A stretch of DNA of 64,000 bases from a virus. Positions 9,505 through 18,921 of the stretch are shown here, in pieces. Location: positions 1 to 64,000 of the IMG/VR virus record IMGVR_UViG_3300032315_001186; one strand, written 5' to 3'. How positions within the stretch are numbered: the first letter of the stretch is position 1; each line of letters starts with the position of its first letter. Below the pieces are notes generated by a model. The model was not told the origin of the DNA. It saw only the letters and a list, made by a program, of their open reading frames with translations, and did no database searches. The position numbers and the translations under genes are program-made.

Positions 9505-10620
9505 TTAAACTGTCGTTATTGGTACTGGAAATGCCCTGTACTGCAATTGTTTATTTAGATTTTCTGCAATTTTAGCCTCTCTTTCCATTATAAATTCAGG
9601 TCTTAACCTTTCTAATCTTTTTGTTAATTCTTCCAAAAGTACCGTTTTTTCATCTTTTGCTTCGGTAGAGAGTGAGGTGTAGTCCATTTGTAGTTCACTA
9701 TCGGGTGTTTTTAAGTTTCCACTAAATTTACCCCTCACTCTAGCTAAAGTTTCTTTTGCATAAGCAGTCAACCATCTTCTAACCCATTGTTGTGCAGGAT
9801 CATTCAAATCTTGCCAAGAAAGTGCATCTAATGGAATATCTGATGGTAATTTAACAATGTCTGGATTATCTTTCAGACACTGATCTCTATCAGCATCGTT
9901 TGTATCATAATACCAATACCACACTTTACCTCTCATCAACTCCGAATTCCCGAAGTCAAATTTTCCACCAGGTGTGTTGTATAACATTACGGCTTTTTTA
10001 CCACCAGGTAATGCTGTGACTCTGTATTGTACGTCAGGTTGTATGATCCTTCGTTTGAGGTTAATGTCTTGAAGTCTAGATAAAACATCGTAGGATGAAA
10101 AAAAGAAATACCCCCCACTTCCCCATCCAGGTTGAGCAAATCCACCAGGCCCACCAATACCAGGCCCCCCAAGTGATCCAAAAGACCATGGATCGAAAAA
10201 TGCACTATTTTGTTCAGAGGGTGAAAACCAAAGTAATTCATTGAGTTCTCTTCCTGCTGGTATTTCATAGATCTGTTGATTTTGTTGTAACTGAAAATAA
10301 TCCTTTTTAAGTACCCAAGGTCCTGAGTTTTGAAGTCCAACAATTTTTGAGTAGGCATAGGTATATTGAGTTTCCCAATCTAATGATCTTCTCACTAGTG
10401 CATTTGCGACGGATTGAGTGTCTAAATTCAGACCATACAATGAAGTCCATTGTGACTCTATTAACCAATCTTGGACATATTGGGTATAATCTCCAATGGA
10501 AAGTTCCATTAGTGAATCCATCATTTCATCTGTCAATTCTACGGAACGTAACGGGGCACCTAAGAGATTAAAAATTCTCTTGTACATTTTACTTCTTTCT
10601 GGTTCTGCTATAATATTCAT
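9505..10620 (-). CDS. Neck / head-tail adaptor protein (T4 gp13-like)
   Basis: N-terminal LLGAPLRSVELT and C-terminal WVRRWLTAYAKETLARVRGKF match the gp13 family pattern. Confidence 0.7.
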   Translation of the reverse strand: MNIIAEPERSKMYKRIFNLLGAPLRSVELTDEMMDSLMELSIGDYTQYVQDWLIESQWTSLYGLNLDTQSVANALVRRSLDWETQYTYAYSKIVGLQNSGPWVLKKDYFQLQQNQQIYEIPAGRELNELLWFSPSEQNSAFFDPWSFGSLGGPGIGGPGGFAQPGWGSGGYFFFSSYDVLSRLQDINLKRRIIQPDVQYRVTALPGGKKAVMLYNTPGGKFDFGNSELMRGKVWYWYYDTNDADRDQCLKDNPDIVKLPSDIPLDALSWQDLNDPAQQWVRRWLTAYAKETLARVRGKFSGNLKTPDSELQMDYTSLSTEAKDEKTVLLEELTKRLERLRPEFIMEREAKIAENLNKQLQYRAFPVPITTV

Positions 10621-10630
10621 TTTTTTTCAA

Positions 10631-12751
10631 TTAACAAGGTACACCCCATTGAGGTTTCTCAGCCGTCGTCCAAGATATTGGTGTCCCAGTATCGAAGTTA
10701 GTCGGTTGAACAGGGATTATTTCGACACACCAAGAACTAATATCTTGGTCGAACGAACTTGCGTTTAAGAACATAGAGAACATATTGTTGGCATTAGCGG
10801 TGTCCCAATAGGCTATTGATTGATTGAAATTTGAACAACCTGAAAACGTAGAACTGAAGTTTGATACACTAGTGGTATTCCAAGATACTAATGGTTGGTT
10901 AAATAACGAACATCCCGCAAACGTAGTTCCCAAATTAGTTACGTTAAAACCACTAAAAATAGGCGAATTAAATGATGAACAACTTCTAAATGTGTTTGCT
11001 AATGATACACTACCAATATTCAACATATCCCAGCTAGAAAGATTTTGGTTGAAAGAAATACATCCGAAAAACATACCACTCATAAGTGTACAACTAGACA
11101 TGTCCCAATTCGTCATTGGAGCGTTGAACAATGTACAGTTTCGGAACATTTCTGTCGTGTTAGTTACGGCTGACATTGTCCAACCTGAAAGATAAGGGAA
11201 TAAAGTTATACTATTACAATTCTCGAACCAACTGTCCATACTCGTTACACCTTGTGTGTTTAATGTGTCTGTAAGTGCGTTGAGTGTTAAACCAGTACAG
11301 TTGAAAAATGCTCCAGTAGATTGAAGTGACCCGTAATTAATTTTAAGTTGACCCCATTGACTAATAGTTTTAAAATTATTTTTACTTGTACTATTCCCAC
11401 TAAATGACCATCCCTCAATTGTACCCGTAATAGATACTGTGTAAGTACCTGGAGACACATATGTATGTGAATTTGATGAAAAAAATGTAATTGTGTCGTA
11501 CTGACCATCGCCCCAACTAACGAAGAAATTATAATTACCAAAACTCAACAATGGTAATTGAATCTGTTCATTTGATGTTGTGGTTTCCCATGTACTAACA
11601 AAAGATGTTGGAACTATTGGGTCGGTTTGCGTTGGAGTTGGTGTTGCGTTAAGTGTTTGTGTTGGTGTTAAAGTATTAGTTGGTGTTGGTGTTTGTGTTG
11701 AACTCGAGGTTGGTGTTAAAGTATTAGTTGGAGTCAAAGTACTTGTTGGGGTAACTGTGGGTGTTCGAGTTGGAGTTGTCGTGATAGTTGGAGTCACAGT
11801 TGCTGAGGGTGTATTTGAGGGTGTAACCGCTAGACAGGCACAAGCTGGTTGATTACATATATTTTCAATAATAAGTGCAGGATCAACAATATATGTATCT
11901 GGAGTACCTATAGTACTGTTCCAAAAATAATAACAATCTCCTTCAAATTGAATTCCACTGTCTTGTGGTATTTCTATACTGTTTGAAATTGCAACGATCA
12001 CCGAATTACTTGGAGGACAACAATTAATATATTCAAAAATGTTAAAAACTGTAGTTGGTGTGTTTGTCGGAGTAAGTGTTGGGGATGATGTAACAGAAGG
12101 TGTTAAACCAATAGTTTGTGTTGGTGTGACTGTAGAAGATGGTGTTGGTGTTGGATTATTAGAAGTCGGTGTTACGGTTGGTGTGGGTGTATGTGTTGGG
12201 GTTACCGTACTTGTGGGAGTATTCGATGGGGTTGCAATAATGTTATTACAAGATGTAACACTTGTAATTGTAGACCCTGAATTTTGATAATATAAAACAA
12301 AACCAGTTGTTGAGTTATCTTGTGTTGACGTAAGTGCTCTGTATCTATCCGCTGACACTACAACTATGGGTTCATCAGTTGATACACTAAAAACTTGATC
12401 ACCAGGTCCTAAGGATGAAAGAGGTTTGGTTGTATATCCAATCAACAAAAGTGGTGTAAAGGCTCCAGCCAAACGACTACACGCAACTAATGAACTCGTC
12501 CTTAGAATATTAGAATCTGAGTAGACGTAAAATTTAGTTATCGATGGTGTCGTACTCGGAAAGTCAATTGTGTTAGTGATATTTTGACCTTCACTTGCAG
12601 TAATCAAGGTATTTGTTATGTACCAAACATTGATAGTCTCATTAGGTAAAATTTGTTGATTATCTATTAATAGATTGTCACCACATCTTCGATAAGTAAT
12701 CGAACTGATTTGAGATAGTGTATTTTGTATTGTTGACTTTTTACAGAACAT
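10631..12751 (-). CDS. Mucin-like Thr/Pro-rich protein with PKD-like and DUF285/BspA-type repeat domains
   Basis: Two TP-rich tracts; VSWGDG...HTY..PGTYTVSI (PKD-like); repeats of MF..C..FN..L..WD. Confidence 0.8.
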   Translation of the reverse strand: MFCKKSTIQNTLSQISSITYRRCGDNLLIDNQQILPNETINVWYITNTLITASEGQNITNTIDFPSTTPSITKFYVYSDSNILRTSSLVACSRLAGAFTPLLLIGYTTKPLSSLGPGDQVFSVSTDEPIVVVSADRYRALTSTQDNSTTGFVLYYQNSGSTITSVTSCNNIIATPSNTPTSTVTPTHTPTPTVTPTSNNPTPTPSSTVTPTQTIGLTPSVTSSPTLTPTNTPTTVFNIFEYINCCPPSNSVIVAISNSIEIPQDSGIQFEGDCYYFWNSTIGTPDTYIVDPALIIENICNQPACACLAVTPSNTPSATVTPTITTTPTRTPTVTPTSTLTPTNTLTPTSSSTQTPTPTNTLTPTQTLNATPTPTQTDPIVPTSFVSTWETTTSNEQIQLPLLSFGNYNFFVSWGDGQYDTITFFSSNSHTYVSPGTYTVSITGTIEGWSFSGNSTSKNNFKTISQWGQLKINYGSLQSTGAFFNCTGLTLNALTDTLNTQGVTSMDSWFENCNSITLFPYLSGWTMSAVTNTTEMFRNCTLFNAPMTNWDMSSCTLMSGMFFGCISFNQNLSSWDMLNIGSVSLANTFRSCSSFNSPIFSGFNVTNLGTTFAGCSLFNQPLVSWNTTSVSNFSSTFSGCSNFNQSIAYWDTANANNMFSMFLNASSFDQDISSWCVEIIPVQPTNFDTGTPISWTTAEKPQWGVPC

Positions 12752-12783
12752 ATTTCTTTTTTTTCTATAAATATATGTTCTTA

Positions 12784-13512
12784 CTATAATCTATCAGCAA
12801 CATAGTCCCAATCTACAACTCTCCAAAAATTTTTTATGTATTCATCTCTTCTATTTTGATATTTGAGATAGTATGCATGTTCCCATACGTCCAAACCAAG
12901 AAGTGGTTTCCCCCCATCTTTAACAAAACTCATCATCGGATTATCTTGATTTTGTGTTGTTACAATTTTTAATTTACCATTGTCTTTAAGTATTAACCAA
13001 ACCCAACCAGAACCGAATACACTTTTTGCCGCTTCATCAAACTTTTTTTTGAATTCCTTTACAGTACCAAAATTTGAGTTGATTCTTGATTCCAACTTCA
13101 TAGGTATTTTTGGTAAATTTGGTGTTAACATATTCCAAAACAAGGAATGATTGTATGCACCACCAGCATTATCACGAATGAGTTTTTCATTCTCCTTAAC
13201 CGATGAAACAATTTCTTCTAAAGACATAGTTTCATATCGTTTACCTTTTGTTGCTAGATTCAATTTATCAACGTATCCTTTGTAATGTTTCGTATAGTGA
13301 ACATTCATCGTTGTTGGATCGATGAAAGCTTTTAATGATGTAAAAGAATACGGTAGTGGTTCAAAAATAACATTACCGTGTTTGATCTTGGATTTTTTTT
13401 GTTCTTCAATTACCCTTCTACGTTCCTCAATTTTCTGTTCAATTAAATCAATTCTATTTTCCAAATATTTCATACCCACCAAGACTTTAGTGTCTTCAAT
13501 AAGTATTTTCAA
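12784..13512 (-). CDS. sodA: Fe/Mn superoxide dismutase, probably Mn-type, with N-terminal extension (alternative ATG at 13473)
   Basis: HYTKH, NAGGAYNHSLFW, FGSGWVWL, NQDNP, DVWEHAYY. Confidence 0.92.
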   Translation of the reverse strand: MKILIEDTKVLVGMKYLENRIDLIEQKIEERRRVIEEQKKSKIKHGNVIFEPLPYSFTSLKAFIDPTTMNVHYTKHYKGYVDKLNLATKGKRYETMSLEEIVSSVKENEKLIRDNAGGAYNHSLFWNMLTPNLPKIPMKLESRINSNFGTVKEFKKKFDEAAKSVFGSGWVWLILKDNGKLKIVTTQNQDNPMMSFVKDGGKPLLGLDVWEHAYYLKYQNRRDEYIKNFWRVVDWDYVADRL

Positions 13513-16373
13513 TTTCTCTTTTCGTTAATAGATTGAAGTATATTTTCAAGAGCATCCCCTTCAAACAACATTGTATCACCCATCACTGTGTTGATAATTC
13601 TTTTTTTCTTATCTAGAATATCATAGATAATTCCTTCAATTGTATTTTCAAATAAAGGATAGTAAACCACAACAGTATTTTTTTGTCCATATCGGTATGC
13701 TCTATCTTCAGCTTGAGAATGATCGGATGGTAAAAATGACAAGTCATTCATAATCACAGTTTCTGCTGCGGTCAAAGTTAAACCAACACCTGCGGCTTTG
13801 ATGTTACCAACAAATACTTTTACTTTATCGTCGGTTTGGAATTTATCCACAGCGTCTTGTCTTTCTCCTTTTGGAGTCGATCCGTCAAGTTTTACCGCGA
13901 CTTTTTTGAAGTGGTTGTAAATTGCATTCAGGGAATCTGTGAAGTTACAAAAAATAATAACTTTTTTATCTTGATCTAAAATGTTTTCACATAATTCTAT
14001 CGTTTGAGCAACCTTTTCGTTTGCAATAATTTGTCTGACTTTTGCGATTTTGGAAAATTGCATAGTAAGAGAATTGGATTCTCCACCTTTGTCGTACCAC
14101 TCGTAATACTCACCCATCACATCTTCATATTCTTTGGATCTTAATCTCATATAAACTGGTGTGATAATTTTTTCAGGTAGATCCAAAACATCATTTTTCA
14201 AACGACGTAGGACAAATGGCTTGGTTCTTTCATAGAGTTCTTCAAGATTAGAAGCCCCACTTACATTCCAAATTTTTCGATTACCAGCACGGAATTGATA
14301 TCCGTTACAATATCTTTTTACATAGGCCATCCAATTTTGCGCGACATTACAATCAACAAGATTGAGTAAATTAAAATAATTAATAGGACGAGACGTGACA
14401 GGTGTTCCAGTCAACAACCAAACTTTGTCTGTTATCCTAGCGATATCATTTACAAGTTTTGTTCTTTGTGCTTGTGTATTACAAATTGCGTGAGCCTCAT
14501 CAACAATAATTAAATCAAAACCCGAATTACGTATAATTGATTCTACGTCTTTTTCCAGACTATGAAAATTTTTAAGGATATCGTAGTTGATAATAACATA
14601 ATCAGCGTCTTCCCATTTTTTACCCTCAACAATTGAAATGGTCTTATCAGAATAATTTTCAATTTCTCTTTTCCAATTTATTTTAAGAGATGCTGGACAA
14701 ATTACAAGTATTTTTTTGGATTGTGACTCTACTGAAGCCACAACAGCAGAAGTTGTGTTGTGTGTAACAATACAATGTTCTGCTACATATAATTTGTCTG
14801 GAGCATCTACAGAAATACATGTACAATAATCTTCACCTTGTTTTTCAATTTTACTGATGTATCTACCCGTTTGATATTTTTGTGGTTCGTTGTATCTCTC
14901 TGATTTCCTTTTTAATCTGAACGGGTTCATACCCTTAGGTAGTTTTACATTCACTCTATATGATGGTCTACATTCAACCCGTCTACCATCTTTTTTATAA
15001 AAACTTCTCCTCCATTTTTTTCTTACAATCCCACCTAGTGTGTGAACAATCTCACATAGATCATCACAAAGTTTTTCAGATACTGTTGAGAATTCGGTTC
15101 CACAAAACTTTCCATTTTCTGATAACATACAATGTCCATCGGTATCCATTAGCCCTTGGAGTATAGCCAAACGATCCTCCACAGAAGAATATTTGTAGAT
15201 GTCAGGTATAAATTTATTATGAGAACGAGTATTAGCTAGTGATAAATTTTTTAGGACATCACCAATAAAAATAGAACAATTACGTTTATTACCTTCTGAT
15301 CTATTCTCATTAATAGAAATGTTATTGAATAATTCATCAAAATCATCTTTATGTATTTGAAATCTACATAAACTATTAATGATGTGACCATCACCCAACA
15401 TTAAACCCAAAAGGTATGGTTCTATTGGTAATTGATGATTATTTTGAAATTCAATTGGTTTCACAATTGGTATTTGCCATTTGTTTGCACCATTTGATCC
15501 TTTATAGTGAGTATTGATTGAGTATGTTCTGAAATGATTGTATCCACGTCCTTTGTCCTCTATTGTCTGATTTTCGTACATTTGTTTTGTAGACAATATC
15601 AAAGATTTTTTAAGTCTACTATTGTTTGAATTTTTTCCGTGATTTGAGGAAGATACTGACCAGAGATGTTCATCGTCCGTAAATATTGAGTATCCATCGT
15701 TGAACGTAATTTTATACGTTTCTTTTTTTCCCTGTGGGAAAACCCCAATTACATTATATGGTTTTCCATCCGAACCGATTACTTTATCTCCAATAACAAT
15801 TTCACCCATTTTCTTAGTACCAGTTGGTGTGTAAATCAAAGTATTATTGATCATTGCTTTACCAAGTCCCAAATCATCAGCTAAAATGTATTTTTTATTC
15901 TCACATAAAGTTTTAACCGCTTCTTTTTGGTGTTCGAGTAAAGGTCTATAACTGTATTTTTCAAAATCTATTTCTACATTTTTGACTTTGTTGTCTTTAA
16001 TGATCGCAACTTTTGGAATCCAAAAATCGTGAAGTCCTTGTTTCTCAAAATAATAACCCCAAATATGATAAGCGGTTTCTTTTTCAACCAAGAGTTTTTC
16101 AATCCAAATTTGATTTGGAACTTCTGTAAACATTTTTTCATCCGCAATTTTGTTTGCAAAATATGAATCTAATGTTACCCACTTTTTAGCAACCTTTGGT
16201 TCTTTTTTGTGAAACTTAATTATGTACTCCGTTTGAGTGGCATTTGGAAAAAACTTAGAGTTCGTCAATTTTTTTTGACGAAGTTTTAAAATATAGTTAT
16301 TCGCCCCCGAATAATTATCCAATATATCGAGCGCTTGATTCTCCCTTGCGTTTAGTTGATTTTCCAAAAACAA
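13509..16373 (-). CDS. SNF2-family helicase interrupted by an intein
   Basis: ILADDLGLGK[intein]TT Walker A, IVDEAH, LTGTP, AAGVGLTLT, QAEDRAYRYGQ. Confidence 0.92.
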   Translation of the reverse strand: MFLENQLNARENQALDILDNYSGANNYILKLRQKKLTNSKFFPNATQTEYIIKFHKKEPKVAKKWVTLDSYFANKIADEKMFTEVPNQIWIEKLLVEKETAYHIWGYYFEKQGLHDFWIPKVAIIKDNKVKNVEIDFEKYSYRPLLEHQKEAVKTLCENKKYILADDLGLGKAMINNTLIYTPTGTKKMGEIVIGDKVIGSDGKPYNVIGVFPQGKKETYKITFNDGYSIFTDDEHLWSVSSSNHGKNSNNSRLKKSLILSTKQMYENQTIEDKGRGYNHFRTYSINTHYKGSNGANKWQIPIVKPIEFQNNHQLPIEPYLLGLMLGDGHIINSLCRFQIHKDDFDELFNNISINENRSEGNKRNCSIFIGDVLKNLSLANTRSHNKFIPDIYKYSSVEDRLAILQGLMDTDGHCMLSENGKFCGTEFSTVSEKLCDDLCEIVHTLGGIVRKKWRRSFYKKDGRRVECRPSYRVNVKLPKGMNPFRLKRKSERYNEPQKYQTGRYISKIEKQGEDYCTCISVDAPDKLYVAEHCIVTHNTTSAVVASVESQSKKILVICPASLKINWKREIENYSDKTISIVEGKKWEDADYVIINYDILKNFHSLEKDVESIIRNSGFDLIIVDEAHAICNTQAQRTKLVNDIARITDKVWLLTGTPVTSRPINYFNLLNLVDCNVAQNWMAYVKRYCNGYQFRAGNRKIWNVSGASNLEELYERTKPFVLRRLKNDVLDLPEKIITPVYMRLRSKEYEDVMGEYYEWYDKGGESNSLTMQFSKIAKVRQIIANEKVAQTIELCENILDQDKKVIIFCNFTDSLNAIYNHFKKVAVKLDGSTPKGERQDAVDKFQTDDKVKVFVGNIKAAGVGLTLTAAETVIMNDLSFLPSDHSQAEDRAYRYGQKNTVVVYYPLFENTIEGIIYDILDKKKRIINTVMGDTMLFEGDALENILQSINEKRN
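14757..15857 (-). mobile_element. Class 3 (Ala1, WCT) intein with LAGLIDADG endonuclease, 367 aa
   Basis: Begins AMINNT after GLGK; block B DEHLW; LLGLMLGDG and LQGLMDTDG; block F CTCISV; ends VTHN followed by T. Confidence 0.9.
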
Positions 16374-16400
16374 ATAAATTAAATATAATAATGAAATAGA

Positions 16401-16407
16401 TATTTAT
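16401..16407 (+). promoter_or_regulatory. TATTTAT promoter-like motif (representative copy)
   Basis: Same motif lies shortly before gene starts at 6011, 16401, 20696, 26447, 27046, 28939, 30969, 47810, 56913 (+) and 12767, 20651, 26478 (-), and immediately before the mini-elements at 42771 and 54316. Confidence 0.6.
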
Positions 16408-16412
16408 CAAGT

Positions 16413-16928
16413 ATGACACAAAATCAAGTTCCAATAACAAGGTTAGGTAAGTTTTTCGGTCAAGAAGATTTTGATTTGGATATAAATATGGGTAGAGAAT
16501 GGCTCGATGGTGATATGAATTTCACCATTGTTGTATATCGTGTAAACAAACAAAAAACAAATCAAGATGATGTGTATGGTGAGGCTTTACCTCAGTCCAT
16601 AGAGTTCTTACCACCAATTTCTGTAAATGCGTATTTACAAATTCTACAACCAGACAATTCGTTTTTGGGTAATTCTAAAATACTACAAAATGAACCAGGT
16701 AATATAAAATTTGCAATCTACCAAAAAGATTTGGACGATTTACAAATATCTATCAGTTTGGGTGACTACATAGGTTATTGGATCACAGAAAATCAAGTGA
16801 GATATTATTCTGTTGTTGATAAAGGTATTCCAAACTACGACAACAAACATACCTATGGTGGGTATAAACCTTTCTATGTAAGTTACATTGCAACCCCAGT
16901 GACTGCTAATGAATTTATGGGGATTTAA
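16413..16928 (+). CDS. Putative head-completion/neck protein (gp14-like)
   Basis: Size, DDVYGE motif and location among neck/tail genes; preceded by TATTTAT. Confidence 0.5.
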   Translation: MTQNQVPITRLGKFFGQEDFDLDINMGREWLDGDMNFTIVVYRVNKQKTNQDDVYGEALPQSIEFLPPISVNAYLQILQPDNSFLGNSKILQNEPGNIKFAIYQKDLDDLQISISLGDYIGYWITENQVRYYSVVDKGIPNYDNKHTYGGYKPFYVSYIATPVTANEFMGI

Positions 16929-16934
16929 GTTTAA

Positions 16935-18854
16935 ATGATGAAAACTCAAATTATTAGAGAATTAATTCAGAAATTAAGATCTGAAAACAAAGACGATAAT
17001 GTTACTGGAATATCATATAGTAATAAGATTATCAATGGGAAATTTACGAACCACTTAAGTGTTACATTTTATGTTCAACGTAAAATTAATAAAGATGAGA
17101 TAAATCCTCAATTTTTAATACCTGATAAAATTGAATATTCAGGATATGAATTTTTAACGGATGTTAGTACGGTTGAAGTTGATTATTCTTCAGCTGAATG
17201 TCCCGATAGTTTTTATGATTGGCAAACTAATCCAATCCCATTCGAGAAAGTATCTAAACTCTCGGGTGGTACTAATATTTTATTTTGTACATTAGGGGGG
17301 TTAGTCATTGATAACACCACCAACTCTCTCGCGGGATTGACTAATGCTCATTGTGGTTGGTGGAAAAACATAAATTCAGATGTAAATCCTTTTTTTCCTT
17401 TGAATTATGGAACAACACAAATATATTACAATGGTACAAACAACGATGCTCAAATTGTTGGTATCCAAAAAAGATATAGTCCAGGTTTTAGACCACCAAC
17501 AACAACTAAAGTTGATGCTGCTTTATTAACAGTACCATATGATTTAATAGATTTTACAACATCTTATCGACAGGTAGGACTTACAGGTTGGACACAACCT
17601 ATGGATTTTGCCACAACAGAAGAAATAGATAATTTGATTTTTACAAAAGGAAATTTATACAGTACAGGAATAACCACAGGTGCTAAGGGTGAGGGTGAAA
17701 TGAAGTTGGTGTGTGTAGCAACACACTTTTATCATGAATTCCGAGGTATTCCACAAGTTGAGGATATGGTTGTTTATGTTGCTAGTGCTACAACAACACC
17801 CAATGGTACCGCGTGTCCTTACCCGATTTATTATGGTGATAGTGGATCAATTGTTTCGGCAGACATAAATGGTGTACGTAAAATAATTGGATTGGGAAGT
17901 TTGATGGTTACATATCGTACACCTTCAGGTGATCCTCTTTATGGTGCTGGGGTAGTAAGAATTGATAACATTGTCGAAAGTCTTGATATTTCACCTTGGA
18001 CAGGTCAAACAGATATTTCTTTTTCGAGCACTGCGAACACAGAAACGTATTATACAGAATCAAATTACAATAACAAAACCATACAATTATCTGGTAAAAC
18101 TTTTTGGCAATGGGGACAAATTGTAACCACACCCACACCATCTGTCACTGTCACCCCAACTTTATCCTATAATTCAACACCATATCCAACAGTTACTCCG
18201 ACAATCACACAAACAGTCACTCGTACCCCAGATCCCAATTGTTCACCATTTACGAATGTTATTTGTTATACTTATCGAATTGATTTTCTACCCCTTGGAA
18301 TTTCAAATTCCTTTTATCCCACACTATCTATTTGGGTAACATACAAAGATTGTTTTGACCCAAATATTATTAAGTTGGTAGAAGTCCCATTAAATATTCC
18401 AAAATTTATATGTTCATCAGAAGTACCAATTGTGGTTAATAGTAAAGAAAATACAGCTACAGATGGATGTCCTGACATTGAGGACTTCACATCAATCACA
18501 AAACTTGAGGTTTGTGGTTCACATTGTCCACCACCTAATCCAACCCCATCCGCAACTCCTACAAATTATTTATTGTATAGTAATTTACTACCAGCACAAG
18601 GATCTACGACTTTTGAATTAGCATGTTCTAGACTCACCTCGGAAACTGCAATTTTATGGGGTTATAGTACAAAACCCTTGAGTGAGATGGGGTTAGCGGA
18701 TGTGATTTATGATATAAACACAAATCTACCAAAACAAACATTTGGTCTTAGATTTAGAGCATTTAGTGCGACCCCAGATGTCTCGACTCAAAAATATGTT
18801 ATTTATTGGCAGAATAGTGGTAGTTCGATAACATCTGTTGAACCTTGTATTTAA
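16935..18854 (+). CDS. Trypsin-like (S1) serine protease with TP-rich stalk and Cys-rich C-terminal modules
   Basis: Catalytic triad motifs LTNAHC, KVDAAL, GDSGS. Confidence 0.75.
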   Translation: MMKTQIIRELIQKLRSENKDDNVTGISYSNKIINGKFTNHLSVTFYVQRKINKDEINPQFLIPDKIEYSGYEFLTDVSTVEVDYSSAECPDSFYDWQTNPIPFEKVSKLSGGTNILFCTLGGLVIDNTTNSLAGLTNAHCGWWKNINSDVNPFFPLNYGTTQIYYNGTNNDAQIVGIQKRYSPGFRPPTTTKVDAALLTVPYDLIDFTTSYRQVGLTGWTQPMDFATTEEIDNLIFTKGNLYSTGITTGAKGEGEMKLVCVATHFYHEFRGIPQVEDMVVYVASATTTPNGTACPYPIYYGDSGSIVSADINGVRKIIGLGSLMVTYRTPSGDPLYGAGVVRIDNIVESLDISPWTGQTDISFSSTANTETYYTESNYNNKTIQLSGKTFWQWGQIVTTPTPSVTVTPTLSYNSTPYPTVTPTITQTVTRTPDPNCSPFTNVICYTYRIDFLPLGISNSFYPTLSIWVTYKDCFDPNIIKLVEVPLNIPKFICSSEVPIVVNSKENTATDGCPDIEDFTSITKLEVCGSHCPPPNPTPSATPTNYLLYSNLLPAQGSTTFELACSRLTSETAILWGYSTKPLSEMGLADVIYDINTNLPKQTFGLRFRAFSATPDVSTQKYVIYWQNSGSSITSVEPCI

Positions 18855-18921
18855 TACTCAGTCTTTACCTATTCGATCATTTAATATCAATATAATATCT
18901 TCTGATTAATATTTACCATAA

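Noticed and set aside
11580-12287. Val/Gly-rich plus-strand ORFs (11580-11852, 12039-12287; likewise 19929-20147 on minus)
   Set aside because: Antisense shadows of ACN/CCN codon repeats in the TP-rich genes.
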